Both the position numbers and the translations under genes were made by a program. From an uncultured Acutalibacter sp. (GTDB taxonomy: Bacteria > Bacillota > Clostridia > Oscillospirales > Acutalibacteraceae): a stretch of DNA of 64,000 bases. Shown one piece after another: positions 31,187-40,065 of this stretch. How positions within the stretch are numbered: the stretch's first letter is position 1; each line of letters begins with the position of its first letter. The DNA lies in NCBI GenBank assembly GCA_964642055.1, contig CAZXLM010000002.1, positions 3,793 through 67,792 on the forward strand, in the 5' to 3' direction. The notes beneath the pieces were generated by a model that was not told where the DNA came from, made no database searches, and saw only the letters and a list, made by a program, of their open reading frames with translations.

Positions 31187-33640
31187 TTATCTGCTCCGAT
31201 ATAGGAATGTGACGATCTGTGCTCTTGTGCACCTGTCGTTCGGGCTGAACGCTGTATCGCTGGTACCGGCGGTAATGTTGTTCCGCACCGCCCAGGTGAC
31301 CGCCTCCGCGTAATAGGCGCTGGAATATACGTCCCAGAAAGCGTTGGAACCTCCCGTGGCGGGCTCCCCGGCGGCGCCCATGGAAGGAGAACCCGCCGAC
31401 CGGTACAGGAACGAGACAATCTGCGCCCGGGTGCATTTGGCATTGGGGCTGAATTTCGTGGCGCTGGTGCCGGCAGTAACGCCGTTTTCCACCGCCCAGC
31501 GCACAGCTTTTTCGTAATACGCCCCCGCTTTCACATCGGTAAAACCGGTGTTTCCACCCGCAGGCTCCGGCTCTCCGGCGGCACGCCACAGGAACGTCAC
31601 CGCCTGGGCACGGGTGCAGCTTTGCTCGGGGCTGAACGCCGTCGCGCTGGTACCGCTGGTAATGCCGTTATCCACCGCCCAGGCGACCGCATCGTAATAG
31701 TATTGCCCCACCTTCACATCGGCAAATTTGGAATCGCCGAAAGAGGTCGTAAAGGGAACCACTTCGCCCCGGTATTCCTTGCCTCCTACTTTCGCATAGA
31801 CCTGGAAATAATAAGTTGTGCCTTCTGTCAGAGGCTGGCCGTTCTTACCCACGGTATATTCCAGCGTTACAGCGTTCTCACCAGTGGTCCTGTTGGAACC
31901 AAGGAGGGAAAGATTGTCCCGGGAGGTCCCGAAATACATTCCGGCTTCGTCAATCGTACCGTATTCGGAATAAGCCATTCCATGCAGTGTCGCACTGGTT
32001 TTAGTAATGTCGGCCACATTTTGAGTGTACACTTCAGGAGTTTCATCTGCGGTGATCGTCACCGTACAGGAAGCAGTCACTTCCTTGGATTGATAGGTCA
32101 TCTTCGCGGTGACCGTTACCGTGCCTGGCCGCAAAGCAATAATATCTCCGTTGTTTACCACTGCTGTGGTAGTGTCGCTGCTGACCCAGGTAACGCCTTG
32201 AGCGGCAGGAGTGGTTGTTGCTGTCAGTTTTTCTGTGCTCCCCGCTTCCATAGAAAGGTTTGTCTTGCTGAGCTTAATATTTACACATTGGGAGCAGGAC
32301 GTGACAACTACAGTACTGTTATCCGTAAACTTTGCTCCGCATACGGCGCAGGTATAGTAGTTTTTATGGGGGTGAGCCGCTTCATAGAAAAGGAAGGTTC
32401 CTTTCTGGTGCTGGGTACAGGTTGGTGTCGTGCCCCGGGTTTTAAAAGATTTAATCGTTCCCCAAACGGTCTGTCCGCTTACCACCGCATAGGCCTGATA
32501 ATAGTAGTAGGTTCCCGGCTTCAGCGTCTTGTTCTGCTTGGCAGTCCTGTAATAATACTTCCAGGGGGAACCACCTGAGGTTCCTTCGGAGCCCAGCTCT
32601 GACATGCTGTTAGATGAGGTGCCAAAGTACATGCCAACCTTGGAGGGTTTTGTATTGCCTGTCACTGTAGCACGAACCAGCGCGCTGGTCTCGGTAATCT
32701 CTTCCGCCGCACCGGTTGTGACTACTGTGCTGGAAGGACGGGTTTTGAAACTTTTGGTATCTCCCCATACAGTCCCGCTGGAAAACTTTGCATATGCACG
32801 GTAGTAATAGGTCGTGCCAGGGGTAAGCGAACGCTTTCCAGCTGTGCGATAGTAGAATTTCCAAGGGGAACCGCCCGAAGTGGAATCAGACCCCAGGAAG
32901 GTCATATTGCTTTCCGAAGTGCCGAGATACATGCCGACCTCGCTGGGCTTGGTGCTGCCGGTAACAGTGCCCCGCAGCAACGCGCTGTTTGTGGTGATTT
33001 CCTCTGCCCCGCCGGTGGCGACGGTGCTGGGAGGGGGATTTGTAGTGCCGGAACCACCGCCAATGGAGGTTGTGGAAATATCTTTTTTGCAGCGATACAA
33101 GGAAAGACCTTGATTTGGGCCATCAAAAGTACCGCCAAAAGAAGCGAAGTTGTTCCACCTCTTCAATTCCTTGTGCGTTATTCCGGCGCCAGCAGATCCG
33201 TAAATAGTAAATCCTGTACTATCTTTCGAATAAATGAATCCTGTATGCTGTGGGTATGTGTTCTTTTCCAATTGTGAACATCTTGTTTGATATATGTCTC
33301 CCGATCTGGCTTTATCTTGCAGAAGTTTCTTTACTCCATCGGTTGTAGTAGCGTAACCAACCAGATACCATTGCCCCAAGTCGCCAGTGAATTTGTAATT
33401 ATTTGGACCTTGCGGAGCACTTGTCCCAAAAAGAAGCTGAGAAATTGTATTTACAAACCTCCAACAGCCGTTATATCCGCAACCGTTCGAGCCTCCTTCA
33501 GGATAATTGTTTGTTCTAATTTGGTTTAGTCGTGATAGTATTTTATCTTCAGATGACTCTGCGCTTGCCGCCATAGGCAGACAGCCCAGCACAAAAACCA
33601 GCGCTAGAGCAAAACTTAACATTTTCTTTCCAATTTTCAT
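31187..33640 (-). CDS. Multidomain SLH-anchored wall protein: CHAP/NlpC-like Cys-His domain, three Fn3-like repeats, Cys-rich insert, Big_2 domain, three C-terminal SLH repeats
   Basis: Signal peptide. NGCWRFVNTI ... YPQHTGFIY is a Cys/His papain-like context. There are two ~100-aa repeats (ITxxSALLRGTVTG..GMYxGTS..YYYxAYA) plus a divergent third. The Big_2 block reads KLTATTTPAAQGVTWVSSD. Three SLH units follow the pattern FxDV..YY..AV.WAV..GIT.GTS...FSP...CTRAQ.VTFL.R. Confidence 0.85.
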   Translation of the reverse strand: MKIGKKMLSFALALVFVLGCLPMAASAESSEDKILSRLNQIRTNNYPEGGSNGCGYNGCWRFVNTISQLLFGTSAPQGPNNYKFTGDLGQWYLVGYATTTDGVKKLLQDKARSGDIYQTRCSQLEKNTYPQHTGFIYSKDSTGFTIYGSAGAGITHKELKRWNNFASFGGTFDGPNQGLSLYRCKKDISTTSIGGGSGTTNPPPSTVATGGAEEITTNSALLRGTVTGSTKPSEVGMYLGTSESNMTFLGSDSTSGGSPWKFYYRTAGKRSLTPGTTYYYRAYAKFSSGTVWGDTKSFKTRPSSTVVTTGAAEEITETSALVRATVTGNTKPSKVGMYFGTSSNSMSELGSEGTSGGSPWKYYYRTAKQNKTLKPGTYYYYQAYAVVSGQTVWGTIKSFKTRGTTPTCTQHQKGTFLFYEAAHPHKNYYTCAVCGAKFTDNSTVVVTSCSQCVNIKLSKTNLSMEAGSTEKLTATTTPAAQGVTWVSSDTTTAVVNNGDIIALRPGTVTVTAKMTYQSKEVTASCTVTITADETPEVYTQNVADITKTSATLHGMAYSEYGTIDEAGMYFGTSRDNLSLLGSNRTTGENAVTLEYTVGKNGQPLTEGTTYYFQVYAKVGGKEYRGEVVPFTTSFGDSKFADVKVGQYYYDAVAWAVDNGITSGTSATAFSPEQSCTRAQAVTFLWRAAGEPEPAGGNTGFTDVKAGAYYEKAVRWAVENGVTAGTSATKFSPNAKCTRAQIVSFLYRSAGSPSMGAAGEPATGGSNAFWDVYSSAYYAEAVTWAVRNNITAGTSDTAFSPNDRCTRAQIVTFLYRSR

Positions 33641-33706
33641 GTTTGTTCCTCCTCCAAAATAGTAATCAATCGTTTTGTGCGCATTCAGCTCGAGCTGAAA
33701 CCGTTA

Positions 33707-34906
33707 TCAGCCCGTCGTTTTGCTGCCTGTACTAACGGCGAGATTCGCCGCACAAATCATAGGTTCTTTGACGTGCCAGCCCCAGCCATAAGACCAGATG
33801 CCCAATATGGCGATTTTCAACACCATAACATCTGAAATATCCACATTGATTTCCACGGGCTTTATGGTTCCCTTACGAAAATCAGGAGCAGTATACAATA
33901 ATTTGCCATCGCCGTAAACTTTGAAAAGAGAGGGAACAGTCGGTTCTTCCACGGCACGGCATTCGTAAGGCAAATAGAGAGTTCCCGTTAAGGTTTTGTA
34001 TTCTCCGTTCAAAAGATATTCAATTTCCCCGTCTCTTTCGTTGGTAGCATGATCCATAATGAGACCATCTCCTGTCGGATAGAGGATTTTACAGGAATAG
34101 GTGTTTCCGAGGACATCTTTGTTGTAGGCACTGGTATTCTCAAACGCAACATATTCGTCCTTGGAGTAGTAATCCATATCTTCCAAAAATGTAACCGCGT
34201 GATCATTTTTGTGATTCTGTGCATCTCGATACATGAAAGAGACAATCTGAGCACGGGTGCAGGCGGCGTTAGGGCTGAACCGGGTGGCGCTGGTGCCGGA
34301 GGTAATGCCCTGTTCTACTGCCCAGGCCACGGCGTTTGCATAATAATCGTTGGAAGACACATCCCAGAAGGAGCTTGCTGCGCCTGTGGAGGGGAAGCCT
34401 GCCGCCCGCCACTGGAAGGTGACGATCTGCGCACGGGTGCAGGTGGCATCGGGGCTGAACCGGGTAGCGCTGGTACCGCTGGTGATGCCCTTTTCCACGG
34501 CCCACGCCACGGCTTTTTCATAGTAAGACCCTGTTTTCACATCGCTGAAACTCCTCGTGCTGCCTGACGGTGCGGGTTTCCCGGCAGCACGCCACAAGAA
34601 GGTCACCGCCTGCGCACGGGTGCAGGAAGTGTTGGGACTAAAAACGGTGGCGCTTATGCCGGCAGTAATACCGTTTTCCACCGCCCACTGCACGGCTTTT
34701 TCATAATAAGCGCCAGATTTCACATCAGTGAAAGAATGGGAACTTGAGTACTCACCCGAAATGTTTTCACCCTGTACCCATGACTGATATTCTTCTGTTT
34801 CTGTCTTATAATTTTTTTCAGATAAATCTTCCGCACTCGCCGATAAGGACAAACACCCCAGCAGCAGGACAACGGCCAAAATCAAGCTTAGAATTCTCTT
34901 TTTCAT
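33707..34906 (-). CDS. SLH-domain wall protein with C-terminal NPCBM-like beta-sandwich
   Basis: Signal peptide, three SLH repeats nearly identical in pattern to those of the neighbouring gene, then GEIEYLLNGEYKTLTGTLY...KVYGDGKLLYTAP...VLKIA. An AAGGAG SD precedes ATG 34906. Confidence 0.8.
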   Translation of the reverse strand: MKKRILSLILAVVLLLGCLSLSASAEDLSEKNYKTETEEYQSWVQGENISGEYSSSHSFTDVKSGAYYEKAVQWAVENGITAGISATVFSPNTSCTRAQAVTFLWRAAGKPAPSGSTRSFSDVKTGSYYEKAVAWAVEKGITSGTSATRFSPDATCTRAQIVTFQWRAAGFPSTGAASSFWDVSSNDYYANAVAWAVEQGITSGTSATRFSPNAACTRAQIVSFMYRDAQNHKNDHAVTFLEDMDYYSKDEYVAFENTSAYNKDVLGNTYSCKILYPTGDGLIMDHATNERDGEIEYLLNGEYKTLTGTLYLPYECRAVEEPTVPSLFKVYGDGKLLYTAPDFRKGTIKPVEINVDISDVMVLKIAILGIWSYGWGWHVKEPMICAANLAVSTGSKTTG

Positions 34907-35105
34907 GTTATAACTCCTTTGCATTTGTCAGATACGTGTAAACGAAGGAAAAACTTCACGTTAGCTCTCCTTTTACCTCCCACGTCTGTTTTTTATTCGT
35001 TGCAGCCCTTATGTGCTTTTCGTCAAACGTTCCGCACATTGTACAGTGCTTATTTGAACAGGCCTGTACTCCCGGGCGAACAGCTAATTCTGTAATAATC
35101 CAATC

Positions 35106-35972
35106 CTACAAATAAAAAAGCAGATCTCTCAAAGCCGATTCCAAAGAACCCTCTATATCTAAAATTGCGAGATCAATTTTCACTAAGACAGAAAACCCTA
35201 CGATGACAAAAACAAGCAATAATACAAAATAGGATAACCATAATTTTCCGCTGTCAGGAGAATCTTCGTCTCGGTCTGGCAGGAGAGACATAACGGCAGG
35301 AATGCCCATAATCCACCAGGAAATCTGGGAAATGGCATATATAACCAGAGACCATTTGGGAATGAACAAATCAAAGATAATCCCCAAGAACAAAATTGCA
35401 GTAGGAATCACTGTGGTCCCAACTGCTGCGCCTATTGCATGAGAGAAGCCTATCCATGCTTTGTGCAGCTTTGCCACAACAAAATACACCACAGCGCTGA
35501 ACAGGACTGTGAGCAAACTACCAATCAAACCGCAAGCCACGAATCCCATTGTCACACTACCGTCCATCGGCTCACTGTAACCAAAAATCGCTTGGGTGAC
35601 CTTACTTACTGTCAGTGGGTAAAAAATACAAGTGGCAATGGCGTATACGATCAAAATAATAGCTGTAAATACCCGGTTATTAGAGCTTAAAAATTCCTCC
35701 AGGGTTGAAATAGGTGCGCTGCAGTAGCTCCTCGCATAATTCATTAAGTCGATCGGAGAACGGGAGTATTCGAACTTGTTTACTGCCGGATGCTCCTTTT
35801 GCACTGGTGAATGGATTACTGGCTCACCACATTCAGCGCAGAATTGTACCCCATTCTCCAGCTTGGCGCCGCATTTGGCGCAGGTTCCTGGCTGAGATTC
35901 GTTTTTTGCCCCGCAATGTGGACAGAATTTCGTTGTGTCATAGAGATAGTGTCCACATTTTTTACACAACAT
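35106..35972 (-). CDS. Double zinc-ribbon membrane protein
   Basis: CKKCG..CPHCG and CAKCG..CAECG ribbons, followed by 5-6 TM segments. Confidence 0.7.
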   Translation of the reverse strand: MLCKKCGHYLYDTTKFCPHCGAKNESQPGTCAKCGAKLENGVQFCAECGEPVIHSPVQKEHPAVNKFEYSRSPIDLMNYARSYCSAPISTLEEFLSSNNRVFTAIILIVYAIATCIFYPLTVSKVTQAIFGYSEPMDGSVTMGFVACGLIGSLLTVLFSAVVYFVVAKLHKAWIGFSHAIGAAVGTTVIPTAILFLGIIFDLFIPKWSLVIYAISQISWWIMGIPAVMSLLPDRDEDSPDSGKLWLSYFVLLLVFVIVGFSVLVKIDLAILDIEGSLESALRDLLFYL

Positions 35973-36120
35973 AATGATCTTTCCTTTCCGAAAAATAAAC
36001 TGAAACCTGCAATTTTAATTAATACGTATGAAATTATATATTATAAAAGTTTTTGCGAAATTTGCGCATCTCAAAATTCTCTCTTTCATATTTTTCCCCC
36101 TTTGCAAGCAATGTTATCGT

Positions 36121-36169
36121 ATATCCTAATCGGATATTTACTATATTTTATCATGTCCGAATCGGATAT
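36121..36169. promoter_or_regulatory. Two ATATCC-N5-GGATAT palindromes (candidate operators) upstream of the XRE gene
   Basis: ATATCCTAATCGGATAT (36121-36137, perfect) and ATGTCCGAATCGGATAT (36153-36169). The centres are 32 bp apart, and a TATAAT lies at 36179-36184. Confidence 0.45.
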
Positions 36170-36204
36170 ACAATACTTTATAATGGAAAAAAGAGGTGGA
36201 AAAA

Positions 36205-36564
36205 ATGGAGCTCGACTATCAGGCAATCGGCATGCGTGTGCGCCAGTACCGAAAAGCACAGGGATTGACCCAGCAAACCTTGGCCGAGCTATCCAATCAG
36301 GAGCCCTCCAATATTTCTCATATCGAGCGGGGAGCAACCAAGCTGAGCCTTCCCACGCTGGTAAGCATTGCAAATGTTCTCGGCGTGACCGCAGACGACT
36401 TATTGTGCGACAGTCTCGGAAAAGTGCGGGAATCCTTTGCCAGAGAGGCGACCGAAATTCTGTCAGACTGCTCCCATGCAGAACTGCGGTTTCTCACCGG
36501 AACGTTGCGTTCTTTAAAAGAAAATCTCAGAAAGTGTGGATTTCAGAACAGCTCTAAAACGTAG
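36205..36564 (+). CDS. XRE-family HTH transcriptional regulator
   Basis: IGMRVRQYRKAQGLTQQTLAELSNQEPSNISHIERG is an HTH_3 pattern. An AGAGGTGG SD precedes ATG 36205. Confidence 0.8.
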   Translation: MELDYQAIGMRVRQYRKAQGLTQQTLAELSNQEPSNISHIERGATKLSLPTLVSIANVLGVTADDLLCDSLGKVRESFAREATEILSDCSHAELRFLTGTLRSLKENLRKCGFQNSSKT

Positions 36565-36655
36565 CGGGGAAAGCTTTTGCCTTCCCCCTTGATTTTCTGC
36601 TCCTTCTGTGGCAAGATAACATAGACAGAATGTAGCTGAGGAATGAGGAAAAGTC

Positions 36656-37858
36656 ATGGAATCTTTGCAGGAGCTGTACCGTATCGGCCGGGGGCCGTCC
36701 AGCTCGCACACCATGGGCCCGGCCCACGCCGCCGTCCTGTTTCGGGAAGCTTTCCCCGAAGCCGACAGTTTTCAGGTCACGCTCTACGGTTCTCTGGCAA
36801 AAACAGGCCGTGGGCATTTGACCGATGTGGCAGTACGGGACGCATTTGCGCCCCTTTCCGCCCAGGTCATTTTCCACCCGGAGGACGATGTGGAGCTTCG
36901 CCACCCCAACACCATGGAGCTGGAAGCCTTTCAAAAGGGAGAGCGGCCCGGATTCTGGCGGGTATACAGCGTAGGCGGCGGGAAAATTGAAATTGAGGGA
37001 AAAAGCGCCGTGGCCCCGCAGAACGTATACGCGCTTTCCACTTTTTCCGAAATCAAGGATCACTGCCGGCAGAAGCGGATCCGGCTCTGGCAGTTTGTGG
37101 AAGAAAACGAGAGTCCGGAAATCTGGAGCTACCTCTCCGACGTCTGGAAAGCCATGAAAACCGCTGTGTGGCGGGGCCTGGACGCGGAAGGCGTGTTACA
37201 GGGCGGACTGGAGGTCCAGCGGAAGGCAAAATATCTGTTCCGCCAGCATCACATCGACGAAAGCGCCGAAACCCGGCAGAACCGGCTGGTCTGCTCTTAC
37301 GCCTACGCCGTCAGCGAGGAAAACGCCGGGGGTGGGATCATTGTCACAGCCCCCACCTGCGGCGCCTGCGGCGTGCTTCCCGCCGTTATGCTCTATGAGC
37401 AGGAGCAGCACGGATTTTCCGATACAGATATCATACGTGCGCTGGCTGCGGCCGGCGTTGTTGGCAATATCATCAAAACGAACGCCTCCATCTCCGGCGC
37501 GGAATGCGGCTGTCAGGCGGAGATAGGCAGCGCCTGTTCCATGGCCTCCGCCGGACTGGCAGAGCTGTTTGGAATGGACCTGGACCAGATCGAATACGCT
37601 GCGGAAGTGGCCATGGAGCACCACCTGGGCCTGACCTGCGACCCCATTGGGGGGCTAGTGCAGATCCCCTGCATCGAACGCAACGCTGTAGCCGCCATGC
37701 GGGCCATCAACGCCCTGAGCCTGGCGAACTTTCTCACCTACACCCGGAAGATCAGCTTCGACATGGTGGTCAAGACCATGTATGAAACGGGTCGGGACCT
37801 TTTCAGTAAATACCGGGAGACCAGCGAGGGAGGCCTGGCCAAAATGTACGGCGCGTAA
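36656..37858 (+). CDS. L-serine ammonia-lyase, iron-sulfur dependent, single chain (beta + alpha domains)
   Basis: N-terminal RIGRGPSSSHTMGP, and alpha-domain Cys ligand contexts (APTCGACG, GAECGCQAEIG). Confidence 0.85.
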   Translation: MESLQELYRIGRGPSSSHTMGPAHAAVLFREAFPEADSFQVTLYGSLAKTGRGHLTDVAVRDAFAPLSAQVIFHPEDDVELRHPNTMELEAFQKGERPGFWRVYSVGGGKIEIEGKSAVAPQNVYALSTFSEIKDHCRQKRIRLWQFVEENESPEIWSYLSDVWKAMKTAVWRGLDAEGVLQGGLEVQRKAKYLFRQHHIDESAETRQNRLVCSYAYAVSEENAGGGIIVTAPTCGACGVLPAVMLYEQEQHGFSDTDIIRALAAAGVVGNIIKTNASISGAECGCQAEIGSACSMASAGLAELFGMDLDQIEYAAEVAMEHHLGLTCDPIGGLVQIPCIERNAVAAMRAINALSLANFLTYTRKISFDMVVKTMYETGRDLFSKYRETSEGGLAKMYGA

Positions 37859-38005
37859 GCGGCGGCTCAAGAAGAACTTTCCCTCCCTTTTTTGACAACT
37901 AATTCTTATGGGTAAATACTAAGCCCTTGAAATTCCCATTGGGAAATGATATGATGACAAAATAGATGAAAGCAGTCGGATCGGTCTGCTGAAAGGAAGT
38001 GCAGC

Positions 38006-38590
38006 ATGATGCAGGACGCCTTTACCGGCGGCGTGGAGCCGGGCGGCCTCTGGAACCGGAACGATATCCGCATTCTGCTGTGCTACATTCTCAGCAGCGT
38101 GAATGGACCGCTTTCGGCGGAAAGCCTTTCCCAGATCGTGCAGGGAGAGGCGCTGGCCAATTATTTTGAGACCGGCGATGCGCTGGCCTCCCTTTTGCGG
38201 CAGGGAAACGTGGTAACGGACCGCGAGGGGCTGTACACCGTGACCGAGGCAGGCCGTGAGATCGCCGAAAGCCTTGACGCCACCCTCCCCCTTTCCGTCC
38301 GTGATAAGGCACTGGAAGCGGCCGTGCGGCTCATGGCAGACGCCAAAGCCCGTCGGGAAAACCATGTGGAAATTGAGGAAATGGAAAACGGCTTTCGGGT
38401 CGTCTGTCACATTTCTGACGGCAGACTGGACCTGATGGCCATCTCCCTGTATGTGCCGGACCGGGCCCAGGCAAAGCTGGTGGAACGAAATTTCTACCGG
38501 GACCCTGCAGGTGTCTACAAGCTCCTGCTTTCCTCCCTCACCGGGGACAGGACCTTTATTAAATCGTTTTTTGAAGAATCTGGTGAATAA
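38006..38590 (+). CDS. DUF4364-family protein
   Basis: Size and N-terminal block (IRILLCYILSSVNGPLS) resemble the Clostridia DUF4364 family; this assignment is from memory. Confidence 0.55.
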   Translation: MMQDAFTGGVEPGGLWNRNDIRILLCYILSSVNGPLSAESLSQIVQGEALANYFETGDALASLLRQGNVVTDREGLYTVTEAGREIAESLDATLPLSVRDKALEAAVRLMADAKARRENHVEIEEMENGFRVVCHISDGRLDLMAISLYVPDRAQAKLVERNFYRDPAGVYKLLLSSLTGDRTFIKSFFEESGE

Positions 38591-38593
38591 GCG

Positions 38594-39949
38594 ATGGGCC
38601 TCGCCAAAAACAGGAAAAAGAAACATGCCGCAGCCGCGGTACTGTTTCTTTTTGCTTTTCTGTCTCTCTTTTTCCTTTTGCGGGGCGGCGCAGGCGAGGA
38701 ACCGCTGCAGGGCACGCCGGTTTTGGAAAACGCCGGGGAAAATATTGTCCCGCTGCTGCTGGCGGAGCAGGACGGCAGCGCGCTGTTCGTCTGCGGCACT
38801 GGCGACACCTCATGGCTCCTACGCCTGGACGCCGTTACGGGCGAGACGGAAGCCAAGCTCACCATAGACGCGCCCCTGTATTGGGCGGCATTTCGGAATG
38901 AAACGCTGTTTCTGCGGGAGGATCCCGGCGGCAGGGCGGTCCTGATTTCCTGTCATTCCAGAACGCTGGAAGAAATTTCCCGGAGAGAATTGGACTGTTC
39001 ACCGGACAGCATCGCTTTTTTCGACTGCGACAGCCGGGGAAACGCCGCCTATGTGCTTGCCGGATCCCGCAGCCTTTTACAGCTGTTTCCCGCTGACGGC
39101 GAAAAGACCGTCCGGGAATTTCCCGGCCCAATAGAATTTCTGGAAGCAGCAGACGATGGCAGGCTTTGGGTCTATGCGGGAAAAGCTTTGTACATAGGGT
39201 CGGCAGACGGGACATTTCAGGAAATCTCCTGCCTGGGCGAGCCTTATCATCTGCTGGGAAACCGCCGGCTTATAGACCGGGCCGGAACTGTATACCGGCT
39301 GGAAGGTACGGCGCTCGAACCGCTGTTCCGGTGCCCAAACGCCCTTCCCGACCGGTTTTCTTTTTGCCTGGACCGCGAAAATTGTCTAATCGTGTCGAAA
39401 GCCGGCGGCGGCATTTCCCGCTACAGCCCGGACGGGGATATTCTCGGCGGCTGCCGGCTGGAAAGCACCGCTTTAGCCCTGTGCGCGGCAGGCGGCGTTT
39501 ATCGCAGGGGCGGCAGCCTTTTTTACAGCCCGTTCTCCTTTTCTTCACCGTCGCCGGAGCCTTCCCTCTCTCCCTCACCTTCGCCCGAACCCGAAGACCC
39601 GCCGGTCAGGACGGAAGGAACCTTTATTTTGATACCGGCGGGCACTACCGCCGATGATCTGCGGGAGCTGTTCAAACCCGAGGCAGTAGCCATTCGGGAC
39701 CTGAATGGAAACATGGTTCTGCACAGCCGCCTGGCCACGGGCATGACCGCCGGGGACTGGGTCCTGGTGGTGGAAGGAGACTGCAACCGGACCGGGACTG
39801 TCAATTCCGCCGATTTGCGGGAAGCCCTTTCCTTGAGCCTGAGGTCCCCGAAGCCGGAAGACCCTTGTTTTCGAGCGGCAGACATCAATAACGACGGGCT
39901 TGTAGACACGGCGGATCTGGTCCTGCTCAGCGCCATGCTTTCCAAGTAG
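38594..39949 (+). CDS. Secreted/anchored hypothetical protein with a Ser/Pro linker and C-terminal dockerin-like repeats
   Basis: N-terminal anchor, a repetitive beta-rich body, an SPSPEPSLSPSPSPEPEDPP linker, then GDCNRTGTVNSADL ... ADINNDGLVDTADLVLL (a calcium-binding dockerin-type pair). Confidence 0.55.
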   Translation: MGLAKNRKKKHAAAAVLFLFAFLSLFFLLRGGAGEEPLQGTPVLENAGENIVPLLLAEQDGSALFVCGTGDTSWLLRLDAVTGETEAKLTIDAPLYWAAFRNETLFLREDPGGRAVLISCHSRTLEEISRRELDCSPDSIAFFDCDSRGNAAYVLAGSRSLLQLFPADGEKTVREFPGPIEFLEAADDGRLWVYAGKALYIGSADGTFQEISCLGEPYHLLGNRRLIDRAGTVYRLEGTALEPLFRCPNALPDRFSFCLDRENCLIVSKAGGGISRYSPDGDILGGCRLESTALALCAAGGVYRRGGSLFYSPFSFSSPSPEPSLSPSPSPEPEDPPVRTEGTFILIPAGTTADDLRELFKPEAVAIRDLNGNMVLHSRLATGMTAGDWVLVVEGDCNRTGTVNSADLREALSLSLRSPKPEDPCFRAADINNDGLVDTADLVLLSAMLSK

Positions 39950-40065
39950 CAGCTCCTCTCCGCATTTCTCTTTGAAACCTGCAAAAAGGCGCTTGCCCCC
40001 GGGTCCCCTTTGTGCTAGAATGAAGCCGTCAAAATTATTGCCGCCAGACGAGAAAGGGGTTTTCC

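Noticed and set aside
37893-37925. TTGACAACTAATTC, a third possible member of the TAACAAC/UAG periodic motif.
   Set aside because: It has only one or two UAG units and no 7-nt periodicity. It is better explained as a plus-strand TTGACA -35 element upstream of the DUF4364 gene.
37919-38626. 235-aa minus-strand ORF.
   Set aside because: It is antisense to the DUF4364 gene, which has the better start context and is tightly coupled to the downstream gene.
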